64,000 bases of DNA, taken from assembly GCA_038087875.1 (NCBI GenBank), contig CM075988.1:24802001-24866000 (forward strand), read 5' to 3'. Within the stretch, counting starts at the first letter, position 1; every line of letters begins with the position of its first letter. The stretch comes from Malacoraja senta (Eukaryota). The notes under the pieces were generated by a model. That model saw only the letters and a program-made list of their open reading frames with translations, was not told the origin of the DNA and did not search any database. Made by a program: the position numbers and the translations under genes. Below, one piece after another: positions 1 through 12,140 of the stretch.

Positions 1-341
1 CATTCGGTAAGGTGATGGCTGATTCCATTCTATGGCACAGTCCCATTCTCTCCCTATATCCCTTCTCTCCCTTCAAAGTCCAAACGTTTGTTAAAGGTGT
101 CAGTCCTCCATTTGCCTGTACTCTAGTCTGTGTTTGGTTTTCCCAGTGATGATGGGGCCACGGTGTGGGCACTGGTTGTAATGCACCAAGATGGAAAAGA
201 AGGAAGTGCATTGCCGCTTCACCTGAGAGAGTTATTTGGATATTGGGAAGTGATGAATCAAAAGAGCTTATTGAATTCCCTGTAAATGCATGGGAAAACT
301 TTGAAGCTTGATGATAGACATAAAGTAGGAAATATTCATCC

Positions 342-435
342 AAAAGGACACCAAGTGTTGGAGTAACTCAGCGGGTCAGGCAGCATCTCTGAAGAACATG
401 GATAGGTGACATTTCGAGTCAGGACCCTTCTTCAG
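342..435 (-). mobile_element. Short Penelope-like (PLE) terminal-repeat derivative with degenerate hammerhead core
   Basis: Matches the 3' terminal unit of the GIY-YIG PLE at 50131-51076 (ggagtaactcagcgggtcaggcagcatct...gacccttcttcag). Confidence 0.75.
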
Positions 436-1917
436 GTGTCTTTTTAGTGACATTTCTTGAGTGCCATGTTTTTGACCATGAGCTACTTTAATTTTCTTTG
501 TGAATGTTCCATGAATGTCCACTAGAGAAGATAGATGGGGCATTAAATTAATATTGCATCTGCTGGAAGACACCACTTCCAACAGTGCGTAATTTCATCA
601 GTCTGTGAATCTCTGCTGCGCCACTTAAACCCACAACCTTCAGTCTCTGCTCCCAGCTCCTCATTGCACCATTGCCAATATCTCCAGTATCATTAATTAT
701 CCTGCTGTTTTATAACATTAGTGGTCTGTGTACACGTTGGAATTTGACATTTCGGACTTTTCTAGAGTACAGGCAAATGTCCTTAATGTCATGAGATGCA
801 CATGTCTGGAACTTTTTTTTATAATAGTCCAGGAGAGGTTTGTATGTTTATCAGTCATGTCGTCAGGGTGAAAATCGGGTTCAATTTTATCTAATCTTGG
901 TTTTTTGTTCCCACTTAATACATTGGCTAGAAATCCTTCCCAGACATAGATAGTGCCCCTTTTAAATGTACACATTTGAATAGGAAAAGAAAATTACTTG
1001 ATATTTGTCACAAATCAGACTCGTTTATTAGCATTGCTTTAGGCTAGAAACGAGGCCTGGCAAAGTGAGAAGGCTGCTCTCTCTCTGCTGAAGGTGGGAG
1101 TCTAACGCTGATTCCAAACTACCTCATTTTCTGCGTGAATAATCTCCTTGGGTAATAGAGTATGACTCCAAATTTCCCTGGCTTAAATGCTTTTAGGTTT
1201 TTTTTTTCAGCTCTGTCAAGGGTTTACAAATCCATGCATGCCACTCTGCAGCTGACAGGCAGACTAAAAGCATTGGGGTCAGCAGGTCATCTGTCTGGGG
1301 CTCGGAGTTCACATGTCTTTGGCTTTGATCAGTCGTGGCATATTCTTCAGATGCAGCTGCTTGTTGCAGGATATTTTATTTCCTTCCCTTTTAAACGCCT
1401 TGACATGCATTGATGTTACAAAATTATTGCGCGGTTCAGATCTCGAAATACACTAGAATAATAAAGGCAGATTGGCGTCGACAGCATAGCGCAGTGGAAC
1501 AGCAGACGAGGGCCTGTGTTTGCACTTAGTTCTCTCTGATGCAGGAATAAAATTGCTCAGGGGTTTCATGGAATGCTCTCAGCGAGAGACACGTCTCCGA
1601 TTTGCCAGTCCTCCAGGATTCACCTGGAGACCCCAGATTGATAGATTTAATACAAGCATAATCCATGTGAAAAATCATAAAGGGATTACAAATATTTTCA
1701 CCATTTTTGGACATTTGATTCTAAAAGTATTGGAATAGATAGAAGAATTAAGTATCACCCAGTAAGATCCTGCATCTATTTGCTTTCTGTGAGGTTTTGT
1801 ATAGTGGGCTTGTTTGCCTCGTTGCTTATGAGTAACTAGATGCTTGGTATAACCTCCAGGAATCGGTCTAACTGGAGTTAGCAACATTAATAGGAAAGCA
1901 ATGCTCCTCACTGGAGC

Positions 1918-2192
1918 ACATGTTCCCGATGTTGGGGGAGTCCAGAACCAGGGGCCACAGTTTTAGAATAAGGGGTAAGCCATTTAGAACGGAGACAAGG
2001 AAACACTTTTTCTCACAGAGAGTTGTGAGTGTGTGGGATTCTCTGCCTCAGAGGGCGGTGGAGGCAGGTTCTCTGGATACTTTCAAGAGAGAGCTAGATA
2101 GGGCTCTTAAGATAGCGGAGTCAGGGGATATGGGGAAAAGGCAGGAACGGGGTACTGATTGGGGATGATCAGCCATGATCACATTGAATGGC
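1918..2192 (+). mobile_element. CR1-clade LINE 3' fragment
   Basis: Translates to the CR1 ORF2 C-terminus (TRGHSFRI...FFSQRVV.VW.SLP); same family recurs at 2727, 47860 and 57808. Confidence 0.9.
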
Positions 2193-2726
2193 TCTATTGT
2201 CAAATGATCTTTATGTTAAATTATATTCTAGCCTTCCTACATTCAGAGATGAGAGTAAGCTAGGATCAGATGGTACAATGTAAAAGTAAGAAAGTGTCTT
2301 TTGTGCAATTTGTACCGATGGGTTAAAATGGCATTGTTAGCAATATGATCATTACAGTAAGAAATCTAAGTTACTTTACCAACATTTCAACCTTTTTCTT
2401 TTTTTGGTTTACTGAGAGCAATACCCCATGCAGTTTCTATTTCCTCACTTGTGGAGAAGTGGGTGGATTGACCCACAGCCCAGGAAGGTCTCACATTCAA
2501 CCCCCTGATTCTACTGAGTTGCTCACTTCAACCAACCCGTGGAATGGATGCTACAGCTTGCCTTTTAGAGAGAGGAACAGGGAATAAATATCAATCACAA
2601 TCTTTGAGGGCTGATTGATTTAACATGGATCATAGAACAATGCGTTGATCTGGGTGGGTTTCTCCCCACAGGTTTTGTGAATTAATATTAGAACGAGAGG
2701 TTTTGGCATCAGGAGAATTCTGCGTA

Positions 2727-2966
2727 TTCTCACAGAGAGTGGTGAGTCTGTGGAATTCTCTGCCTCAGAGGGCGGTGGAGGCAGGTTCTCTGGATGCTTT
2801 CAAGAGAGAGCTAGATAGGGCTCTTAAAAATAGCGGAGTCAGGGGATATGGGGCGAAGGCAGGAATGGGGTACTGATTGGGGATGATCAGCCATGATCAC
2901 ATTGAACGGCGGTGCTGGCTCGAAGGGCCAAAAGGCCTACTCCTGCACCTATTGTCTATTGTCTAT
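2727..2966 (+). mobile_element. CR1-clade LINE 3' end with terminal stem-loop and short tandem tail
   Basis: FSQRVV.LWNSLP coding end, 3' UTR gctcgaagggccaaaaggcctactcctgcacc, (ctattgt)n tail. Confidence 0.9.
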
Positions 2967-3072
2967 GGAACCCAAGGGCCTTCCCTCTACTCGCTGTTCT
3001 GAGACGTGGAAACAAATTGATCACTTACCTTCGATATCTTGTGCACAAATAATTATGACAATAACAGTACCT

Positions 3073-3368
3073 GCGGTGGCACGGTGGCACAGCAGTAGAG
3101 TTGCTGCCTTACAGCTTCAGAGATCCGGGATCGATCCTGACTACAGGCTCTGCCTGTACGGAGTTTGTACGTTCTCCCCATGGCCGCGTGGGTTTCCTCC
3201 GAGATCTTCAGTTTCCTCCCACATTCCAATGTAGTACAGGTTTGTAGGTTAATTGGCTTAGGACATTTCTTTACAATTTTACCCAGTGTGAGTAGGATAA
3301 TGTCGACCCGGATTCGGTGGGCCAATGGGCCTGTTTCCGCACTGTATCACTAAACTAAACTAAACTAA
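3073..3368 (+). mobile_element. HE1-type tRNA-derived V-SINE
   Basis: A-box-like ggtggcacagcagtag, B-box-like ggatcgatcc, V-domain ggagtttgtacgttctcccc...ggtttcctccc, CR1-like 3' end, (taaac)n tail. Confidence 0.9.
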
Positions 3369-4794
3369 GTAATACCTTCTTGGAATAGCAGGAAACAAAA
3401 AAAAAGGGGGAAAAAGCAGGAAGCACCAAGAGGTAAACTGGAAGAGAAAACCCTTGGATTGTGAACCCAGGCTTTTGATATAAACTCTTGGGTCCAAAAG
3501 CTCCAGAGTTGGCGTAAACAATTAGTAAAATATGAATTCTGTCAGGGTCATGTAAAGAATTCTGCCTTGCCGAGATCCACAGAGTGGTCATATAATAAAG
3601 AGAAACTGTAGCCTGGCACTTACACCTTACCTCAACACAAGTAAGTTGCATCAGCTGGAGAAGGTTTATTCACTTCCAGCTTTATTTAAGAATGTTAAAG
3701 TAGAATGGGAAACTGACAAGCTTTCATCTGCAATTTTTTGTTCCACATATTTTTGTTACCCGAGTGACCCAGGCTGAAATATTTGCTCCACCTGAGCCAC
3801 CTTCCATCACTTTCTAACCTCTAATTGTCTGGACTCATTTCCCAGTGGGCCCCACTGTCTTGCAAATTGAAGGCAAGACCTTGGGTTGTTTTAATTGAAG
3901 CCTTTGCCACAAGGAGAAGCACAAATCAGATGCCAAGGAACAAATTTGAGGCCAATTCTTGCAGCCGACAATGTTCCTCGTGCCAATTTAAGATTGAACA
4001 ACATCTTGTCAATCCCTACCACATCTCACTCAGTGTCTGATGCCAAACTCGTTGCTTAAAGAAATAAATAATTCACTTTTGTTTCGCAGCATCTGTACAG
4101 GCTCCATTTGTCCTTAGATTTTGTACAGCATGCAAGTGTATATTTTTTAAGTGTGCGACATTTAGGCTCCTGATTCTGCCGAGCTTGCTGGCTTCAACCA
4201 GGTTTGTAGCGTGGATGCTACGTCTGTGGTTGAACGAAAATCTGTATGTGGTGTTGGAAAAGTTTGGAAATGCAAACATCAATGTGATAATGAGATGATA
4301 ACCTGTTAGTGGTTGGTTGAAGGGAAATAATAAAGCACTATTCTACAGTAAGGCATTTATCACACGGGTATTCTTCAATACCAGGGACCTAATGAGATCC
4401 ATTTTGTGTGGAAGTTTTTGTGCAGGACATTATTCATTGTGATAAAGTAGTTGTGAAGTGTGCTGTGTTGCAAACAGTTTAAGCAATATGCATTATGAAG
4501 CCTTCAGTAATAGGAGTGAAATGATTTGGAATAGTTAATAGCTGGAGGAAGGTCAAGGAGAATTAAAATGTTCTTGTGTCTGAACTGCATTCCGGTTGCA
4601 GCCCATTTCCTCAGCTGCCTGCATTAATAATCACACTGTTTGTGCAGCCAGTTCAGGAGGCGACTGTGTTTTGCTTTTGAACAGCAGAAACCTGTTCATC
4701 ATGAATAAGAAAAAAATTGGCCCCAGATGTCCTACTCCCTGCTACCATTACTTCACGTTGAGGAACATTCTGTGTTAGTAGGGAAAAGTAAAAG

Positions 4795-5060
4795 TACTTG
4801 TATTCATATCGCACCTGTCGCTGTAACAAAGTACATTACTGCACCAGTATGTTTTGCAGTCTGGGTACCGTTGTAATGGGAGAAACACATTTATGCTTGG
4901 CAAGGTCCCACATACAATAATCTGATTTTAAGCATGTTTTAAGTTTTATTTTGAAGGAAGATAAATATTGGCCAGGGAACCAGGGAGAATTCTGCCTTCT
5001 TCAGAGTACAGCCTGAAATGTTTTATCAGCACCTGAGATAGGGCCTTGAGACTTCAGATA
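4795..5060 (-). mobile_element. Old SacSINE1/Deu-SINE-like relic
   Basis: Reverse strand resembles the recalled Deu-SINE body (ataaatattggccagg, ggagaattc..cttcttc); heavily diverged. Confidence 0.55.
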
Positions 5061-5763
5061 AAACTTTAATCTCACCTTCAGAGGTGAGAGGAGTCCACGA
5101 GCGACTTACTGCATGTTCCTGCTTTCTGCTGTCTGGGGAATAACAGAGCCTTGTTTTATTATCATTTCCGCTTCTTTCATTGGTGTGTTTTTCTTTCATG
5201 ATTATCCATGCAGTCAGTGCTCAGGAATGTAACATCTTCTCACATTCCTTCCAGTATTGATCTTGCTCTTGGGTCAGGTGTACCGTGCGATATACAGTCG
5301 CTCACTGGATGCTCCCATCACCCCCTTCCTATTTGGTAACCTCAGCCTTATAACCCTTCAAGATCTTCATGCTTCACTAATTCCAACTTCTCGTGCAAGC
5401 CTGATATTAATTGATCCTCAATGGAGCTGAGCACTTAACAGCCATGAATTCTCTTTGCCTCTCTCCTTTAAAGTACTACTTCAATCCATTTGATCAATCA
5501 TATTTTCCAACACTAATATCTCTTAATATGTCTTTGATTCAAATTGTGTTCTAATAAAGCACCTTTGAGTATTTAACTAAACAGGAGGTTAACATTATTA
5601 GAAAGACAGTAGTTTGATATATTCAATTGTGCAATGGTACTTTATTATCACTTTCACCTGTGTACAGTGAAATTATTGTTTGCATACTGTTCAGTAAAAA
5701 TCTTGCTATACATTGGCACAATTATATTTAATTTGGAAGAGATTCCACATGAGACTGTCCACT

Positions 5764-6645
5764 AGGGGCGCCGCATGATGGCAGCCTCTGCCTACAGTCT
5801 GAAGAAGGGTTTCGGCCCGAAACGTTGCCTATTTCCTTCGCTCCATAGATGCTGCTGCACCCGCTGAGTTTTTCCAGCATTTTTGTGTACCTTCTGCCTA
5901 CAGTCTGTCTGTTTTTCTATCTTTTTTAAAATTTTAGTTTGTTTAAAGTGTTTTGGAGTTTTTTTTTTAGTATTTCTATGTGGGGGAGGGGTGTAGGGTA
6001 AGGAGGAAACCGTTTCCCAGTCACTTCCTGGCGAGGATGTGACTATTCTCCGAGTCGCGTCCTCGCCCCCCTCCTCGCGGCCTACCAACTGGATTGGTGC
6101 GGCCTTTCCTGCCGGGACTGGACCAGAGCTTCAGCAGCGACGGCACAGCGCTGGATACATCGCGGAGCGGGTGATGCCTTACCTGGGATCGCTGTTTGAA
6201 GCTCCGGAGTGTTGGGCCTGCTGCTTCAACATCGTGGAGCTGTGGTTTCCGGAGCTCAGCCGCGGGCGGCGCTGACCAACATCGCGGAGTCCTGGGACCT
6301 TTTGCCGAGGGCCGCCAGCGTGAATCTCCCGCCCAGCTCGGTCTGTGGACATCAGGAGCTGTGGTTTCCGGTAGGAAGTGGCCGATTCGGAGGTCCAAGC
6401 CGCTGAGGATGTTCTTCCGTTCCGACGTTGGAGTTCCATCATCCCGGGGAGAGGGCCTGAACATCGGGCCGCCCGTAGCAGCGACTGCGGATGGCTCTGG
6501 AGGCCCCGACCACGGGTGAACATCAAAGAACATCAAAGAGGAGGATGACTGAACTTTGGTGCCTTCCCTCACAGTGGGAAACTTTGATACCACTGTGTGG
6601 GGATGTTTATGTTATAGACTATCGTGTTCTGTGTTCTTTATTTTA
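5764..6645 (+). mobile_element. GC-rich non-autonomous retroposon with Rex1-associated 3' region
   Basis: 5' gcctctgcctacagtctgtctg and 3' tgccttccctcacagtggg...ggatgtttatg match the element at 26790-27645 and the fragment at 16490-16690; internal imperfect aacatcgcggag repeats; no credible ORF. Confidence 0.65.
5802..5892 (+). mobile_element. Short PLE insertion with 15-bp target duplication and minimal hammerhead core
   Basis: tctgcctacagtctg duplicated at 5787-5801 and 5893-5907; CTGAAGA-A-GGGT(TTCG)GCCC-GAAAC-GTT core starting at 5799. Confidence 0.85.
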
Positions 6646-6788
6646 TTCAAAAATTCTCTCTCTCTCTTGCTCTCGCTCTCTTGCTTGTCAGGGGAGGGGC
6701 AGGGAGTGAGGGTTTTTGTTACCAATTGTTATCTCGCACCCCCTATTGAAGTTCATCAATTGATAAGCAATGAGGTTTTACTGCCTTA

Positions 6789-7127
6789 TGGGCCTGTCCC
6801 ACTTACGCAACTTTTTCGGCGACTGCCGGCACCTGTCATAGGTCGCCGAAAATTGTCACCATGTTGAAAATCCAGTGGCGACCAGAACATGGTACGACTC
6901 TTTGGGCGACTACTCATGACCATACAGGCGTCACCCCGCGACAAGTCGCCGGGGTGTCGCCTGTATGGTCATCAGTAATCTCCTCAGTCGCCCAAAGAGT
7001 CGTAGCGTCTTTCTGGTCGCCGCTGGATTTTCAACATGGTGACATGGTGAGAATTTTCGGCGACCTGCAACAACCTATGACGGGTGCCGGCAGTCGCCGA
7101 AAAAGTCGCGTAAGTGGGACAGGCCCA
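6789..7127. mobile_element. PIF/Harbinger-type MITE, palindromic over its whole length
   Basis: TIR tgggcctgtcccacttacgc / gcgtaagtgggacaggccca; TTA duplication at 6786-6788 and 7128-7130; arms stay complementary to a centre near 6943. Confidence 0.85.
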
Positions 7128-7479
7128 TTAATCTCTAAATCAGAGAGAATGCGTTTGATATTTAGAATAAAATGGATGAGTAAAGCTACAGCTTACTCTG
7201 CCACCTGTTTTCTTTATTTCCTCTCTTTCCTTGAAATTAATACTGAGTGGGCCCTGGTGTAAGATGGGAATGTTCACCACACCCTGCTTCCATTATTACT
7301 AAAACGCTGAGCATTGCACATAAATAAAATGAACACTTGGAAAAAGCCTGGCACCTATGGCATAATGTCTTAAATGTCAGCACTTCCCTGAAATAGGAAC
7401 AAATTGAAGATGGTCTTCAAAGATTAATGCAGTATTTATATCTCTTGTCCAGAGGAATAACTCCTACATCCAATGTGAT

Positions 7480-7855
7480 ATTTCCACTTCTGCTCAGATT
7501 TGTGCACAAAATCTAGGCTGACATTACAGTGCAACACCGAGGGAGTTCTACATTTTCTTGGCAGTGCTTTTGGACTGCATTTTAAACTAAGGCCTGTTTA
7601 TCATTTCTGATAGATGTGAACAAAATGCCATGACACTGTTTTAAAGAAGAATATGATTTTTCTACTTCAAGACTTTTGTAAAAAGAAACCCTTTTAAGTT
7701 ATCTAATCATTAGTTCATTACAGTTTGTGAAACTTGCTGTGTGTATATTGGCTGCCTTGTTTCTAACATTACAGTTTGCTTAAAGTCATTTAATTGGCCA
7801 TAAATACTTTGGACATCCGGATGTTAGGAAAGCAGCTTTCAATGCAAGTCTTCTC
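7480..7855 (+). mobile_element. Old SacSINE1/Deu-SINE-like relic
   Basis: aatctaggctgaca...gagggag, cttgctgtgtgtatattggctgcc.tgtttctaacattaca and aatgcaagtc tail match the recalled consensus. Confidence 0.7.
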
Positions 7856-9659
7856 ATTACTGACGCCTTTCCTTTCCTCCTTGGACTTTTTTTTCTGTGG
7901 AGTGAATCCTGTAGGTAAAGGAGGTATTAAAACTGCACCAAACCCATTTCATGTGGTATTACCATTGCAACATATTAGAGTAATTAATGCTCCATTCATT
8001 GCAGTCAGAATATGGAAATAGGGGATACCTGACACCCTTCTTGGCTAGCCAATGTATGAAATAACGTCATCATTCATACTGTATCATCTTCTGCCTGTTT
8101 CTTTTCTGAACAGCGATGCTGCCTCACGACAGCCCCACCCCCACCGCGTTCAACACTTTCCCACATGTCCTTGTTGTTCGCCTTCAGATCAGAATGGAAT
8201 CATCGGTGGCTGAACGCTGCAGTTTTGCATAAACCCGGCTGTCTTGTCTGACCTTTGACTTGACCCTCTTTACAAAGACTCTTCTTCTCTGAGAGCCCAG
8301 TCTGGAACTGTTCCTTTTGTCCTTGGTCTTTCTCAGCACCTCTGACCCTTATGCAAAATAAAACCTTCTCCGTTTCAACCCTGGCCTCCTCCTGCACTCC
8401 CACTGTGAAGAAATACTTTCCTTTCTTGGGTACAAAAGTACGTTCGATGTCGCAGTTTTAGGTGAACCACCAAGGGGTTAACTTCGGAACATGAAAACAT
8501 TGGAAGTCACGCGATCTTCTGCTGCTAAATGGAACTGAAACTCTCACAGACACACACACACACTCCCATACACTCACATACAACTATCTATGGACATGGA
8601 GGAGGGACTGGAATTTATTGGAATCATGGAGTTCTTGCAGCTGTGTATATAACCTTGGATATATTTAGACTCTTGGTATCCCATACATTGTACACCATAG
8701 ATGCTGGTATTAGCATTGGAGCTCCCTGGTATTTTTTTTTTCACCTTTTTTTTTAATGGGTTATGTCAACAAGATTTGACACTGTGGCCATGATGATAAG
8801 GAAGGACAGCATCAGGCATCTATCATGCGGTCTGCTATCTCTGGGTTAATAGAGAATGCAGTGTTGGTGAAATAGAGTCACAGCGTTTCCTGGCGTCATC
8901 TGCTATCACTTAATGCTTTTTACACACAAAAAAAATCTACTGCTCTAAGAGTTCAGGTCTAGCGAGGCCTGCAGATAAATTGCAGTAAATGATCCTGGAG
9001 CTGTCACATCCAGTAGATGAGAGACTTGCAATTATAGTTGCTCTGGTTACCAAGCCTTGCCTGCTGCTTGAATGCTTTCTGCTTTATGAAGTCTGATCAT
9101 TTTTTTTTTTTTACAACTTACATTTCTGTGTTTCCTTTCAATGTTTTGAACTGCCTGTTTTACCGTCATTTTTCTCTAGTATTTTCAAGGAAATTTGAAC
9201 ACCAGGTGTCAAATTGGGATGAATGTCAGGACCGGTTTTAATAGCATCTTTTGAAAGAGGAAAGGTGTTTCAGGAAAGAATTAAAGAGCATGAGTCCTCA
9301 CCAGATGATGACATAATTACTGTTGGTGGCACAGTGAACATCAGATTACCTAAAGGCCAGAAATAGGAGATTAGTAAAACGAGGTAGCTTCAGGGATGAA
9401 GGACTAGATTTGAACACAGATGAGAGATTTAAAGTCGAGATCCTTTTAGTTCTATGAGCTGTTCCCAATGAAAAAATGTAAGTTACTTTTTGTAAATTTG
9501 CACATTTGGGTTGGAAAAATATTCTTCATTTTGCCTTTGAGCCTCCTGTTCTCTCTTCTTCATCATGGAGGGTCTTTGTGTAAACTATTCAAATCTAGAT
9601 TCCAAAGCAAATATCAATTGAGAACGTATATAGGCCACGACTTTGCAAACTTGCCCGTT

Positions 9660-9890
9660 CATTCAAAATGTGTAATGGGATCACCACACCATCATACTGA
9701 GAGGATGGATCAGGCCTCAGTTTGAAGACTTTTCCAAAAGATTGCACCTCTGGCAGTATAGCACCCGCTGAATACAATACTGAGATTATCAATCTGATTT
9801 ATTAATGTACATCAGCCCTTGTCATGGGCCTGAATTGGACTAAGTACAAGAGTGTACAAGAGCTACTACCCCACAGCTGACACTTCTGAC
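9660..9890 (-). mobile_element. Old SacSINE1/Deu-SINE-like relic (5' half)
   Basis: Reverse complement of the ggcctcagttt...cacctctggcagtatagcac segment. Confidence 0.55.
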
Positions 9891-10042
9891 AGAGATTGGA
9901 ATGTGGCGACATAAGGAAATTCAATCACAAAACACTTCTTTTTCTCAGCGTTGTGCAATTGAAAATCATCTCCAACCTCCACAGTAAACCTCCAGATTTG
10001 GAAAAATTACTCGCACATGAGTCAATCTTGAGCATCGACCAT

Positions 10043-10242
10043 CTTCTTGCGTTTGAGGCAGCAGAAATCTGCAGCGGGGTGATGCCATCAGGTTCGACAT
10101 CCATAGGTGCCTGCCCTAAAAAGGGTGCATGCTCTGGGTTGGCGCCAAGCTGCGGCACTGCTGCTGTCTATGTGTGTTGCCGTTCGCCTGACTGAGGTCA
10201 GTTGACAGGGCTGACCACGGGGAGGTCGACAACATGAGCCCC
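10043..10242 (-). mobile_element. HDV-ribozyme-headed short retroposon, family C (200 bp)
   Basis: 12-bp TSD agcatcgaccat at 10031-10042 and 10243-10254; 3' tail ...caaacgcaagaag; 5' end is ribozyme G1. Confidence 0.9.
10175..10242 (-). ncRNA. HDV-like self-cleaving ribozyme (68 nt, with P4)
   Basis: P1 GGGGCUC/CAGCCCU (G1-U wobble, one C-C mismatch), P2 UGUUGUCG/CGGCAACA, P3 ACC/GGU, L3 UCCCCGU, GU, P4 CUGAC(CUCA)GUCAG, J4/2 CGAA. Confidence 0.88.
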
Positions 10243-10634
10243 AGCATCGACCATGATTTCTGCAGTATAACATCATTCCCTAGGTACTACAGGGGAAGTT
10301 AAAGTAAGATGCCAAACAAGCCACCTTCATTGGGCATGCCAAGAGCAAGCAGTTTTTAGGTTTTAGTAATAATGCCAGATTGGGTCACTATTGCCCTGTT
10401 TCCATCCCATGTGGCCATCCCAATCCATTGCATCCATGTTCTGCACTGGAATTTCTCCATGAATGTTTGCATACAGAGCAGATTTCAGATTATGGTAACT
10501 AACGGCTTGGTATATTCCATAGGAATGGTCAAACAAAAAAACTCTATTTGGAAAAGGAAGAGATTGATGGGTTATTGGTGACGATCGTGGGATTTGGGCT
10601 AATTAAAAGGAGTCAGGTATTTGTTACAATGTAA

Positions 10635-11140
10635 CTTTGGTAGCATACACTTCTGAGTCAGAAGAATGAAGGTTCAAGTCCCACTCTAGACAATTGACCA
10701 CAGTGGAATATTGTGCTTGGGAGAGCTTCACTGTTTGAGTTGCAACCATTTGCATGCAACATTTTACTGGGGCATTATCTGCCCTTTCAAGAGGACATAA
10801 AATATAGTGGAGCAATATTGTGAAGAAAACGAGGGGAGCCACACACAATATGCTGGAGTAACTCAGTGGGTTAGGCAGTATCCTGAGATGTATCTTAGTT
10901 GTAAATGAGCATCTGCAGTTCCTTCCTACATGGGGGGAGTTATACCCTGGCTGTTACTTTTGTCTCAATCAATATTTCTAAAACAAATGATGGTATCTGG
11001 GCTTTGCTATTTGCGTGATCTTGCTGCAATCCGAAAACTATTGCATTTCCTACAGTGACTACACTTAAACATTACTTCATTGACCGCAGACCATTTTTAC
11101 ATGCCATGAGATCATTGCATTGTTTGTGTAGATGCAGATC
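10635..11140 (+). mobile_element. SacSINE1/Deu-SINE-like relic interrupted by a short PLE piece (about 10842-10930)
   Basis: tRNA-like head ctgagtcagaag...ggttcaagtcccactc; tail ttcctacagtgactacacttaaa; ggggag repeated around the insert. Confidence 0.7.
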
Positions 11141-11820
11141 TTGTTTTCTTTTTAGATCTCATCGGGATCGAGCGAACAGTGCATTGAAAACAAGCCCTAG
11201 AATATTTTAGAGAGGCAAATAAAACAAATTAACCTGTAGTTAGAATGTGTTCTAATTATACAATGAAGGCACAATCTTAATCACAATATAATGAAACACA
11301 ATTTAAATTTCAGCTGCCACATTCATCTTTATGATTATAGGACTCACTTTATTTGTAAATTATATGTTTTCCAGACAAAAGAGGAGGCATGTTATTATGC
11401 AGTTGGTATTTTAGTAAAGACTATTCTTGGCTTTCTGGCTGGTTTATTGTAATGTTTTTATTTCAGTCTTCAAACCCTCTGCCTGATGGGATCAAAATAA
11501 GATTAGTGAAATAAGAGGCGGACAAAGACTGTGATGGGAAAAGGAGCCAGAGAGAGGAAATGAGGATTGAAAGAGAGAATAATGTATTTTATACTCCCTG
11601 GCAGGATAAGGAAGGTTTGGTCTGTGTGGCCAACCAACACGTTATACAAATCTTCATATCTTGAGATACTTAAAAGGAAGATTTTCATTTATGTAATGTA
11701 TTTTCAAAACCTCTGAAAGCACTTTATACCCAATTAATTAATTTTGAAATGTAGTAACTGTTATAACATTGAATCCAGTTTCTGTACAGCAAGATCCAAA
11801 AACCCGGGAAAGAAAAGATA

Positions 11821-12140
11821 GGGCGGCACATTGGCGTGGCGGTAGAGTTGCTGCCTTACAGTGCTTGCAGCGCCGGAGACCCGGGTTCGATCCTGACTAC
11901 GGGTGCTGTCTGAACGGAGATTGTATGTTCTCCCTGTGACCTGCGTGGGTTTTCTCCGAGATCGTCGGTTTCGTCCCACACTCCAAAGACGTACAGGTTT
12001 GTAGGTTAATTGGCTTGGTATAAGTGTAAATTGCCCCTAGTGTGTGCAGGATGGTGTTAATGTGCGGGGATCGCTGGTCGGTGCGGACTCTGTGGGCCGA
12101 AGGGACTGTTACCGTGCTGTATCCCTAAACTAAACTAAAA
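11821..12140 (+). mobile_element. HE1-type V-SINE, near full length
   Basis: gggcggcac...ggttcgatcc head, V-domain, gggccgaaggg 3' stem, (taaac)n tail. Confidence 0.92.

Noticed and set aside
4750..4762. Further UUCACGU (HDV L3-like) matches here and near 29008, 41431 and 52694
   Set aside because: No complete P1/P2/P3 arrangement or J4/2 around them
6021..6593. Overlapping 100-190 aa ORFs
   Set aside because: Stop-poor GC-rich repeat interior; no recognisable domain
6861..7262. 133-aa ORF as a transposase
   Set aside because: Lies in the palindromic MITE; no DDE or Myb motifs
11821..11900. tRNA gene
   Set aside because: tRNA-derived head of an HE1 SINE; continues into the V-domain and LINE-like tail
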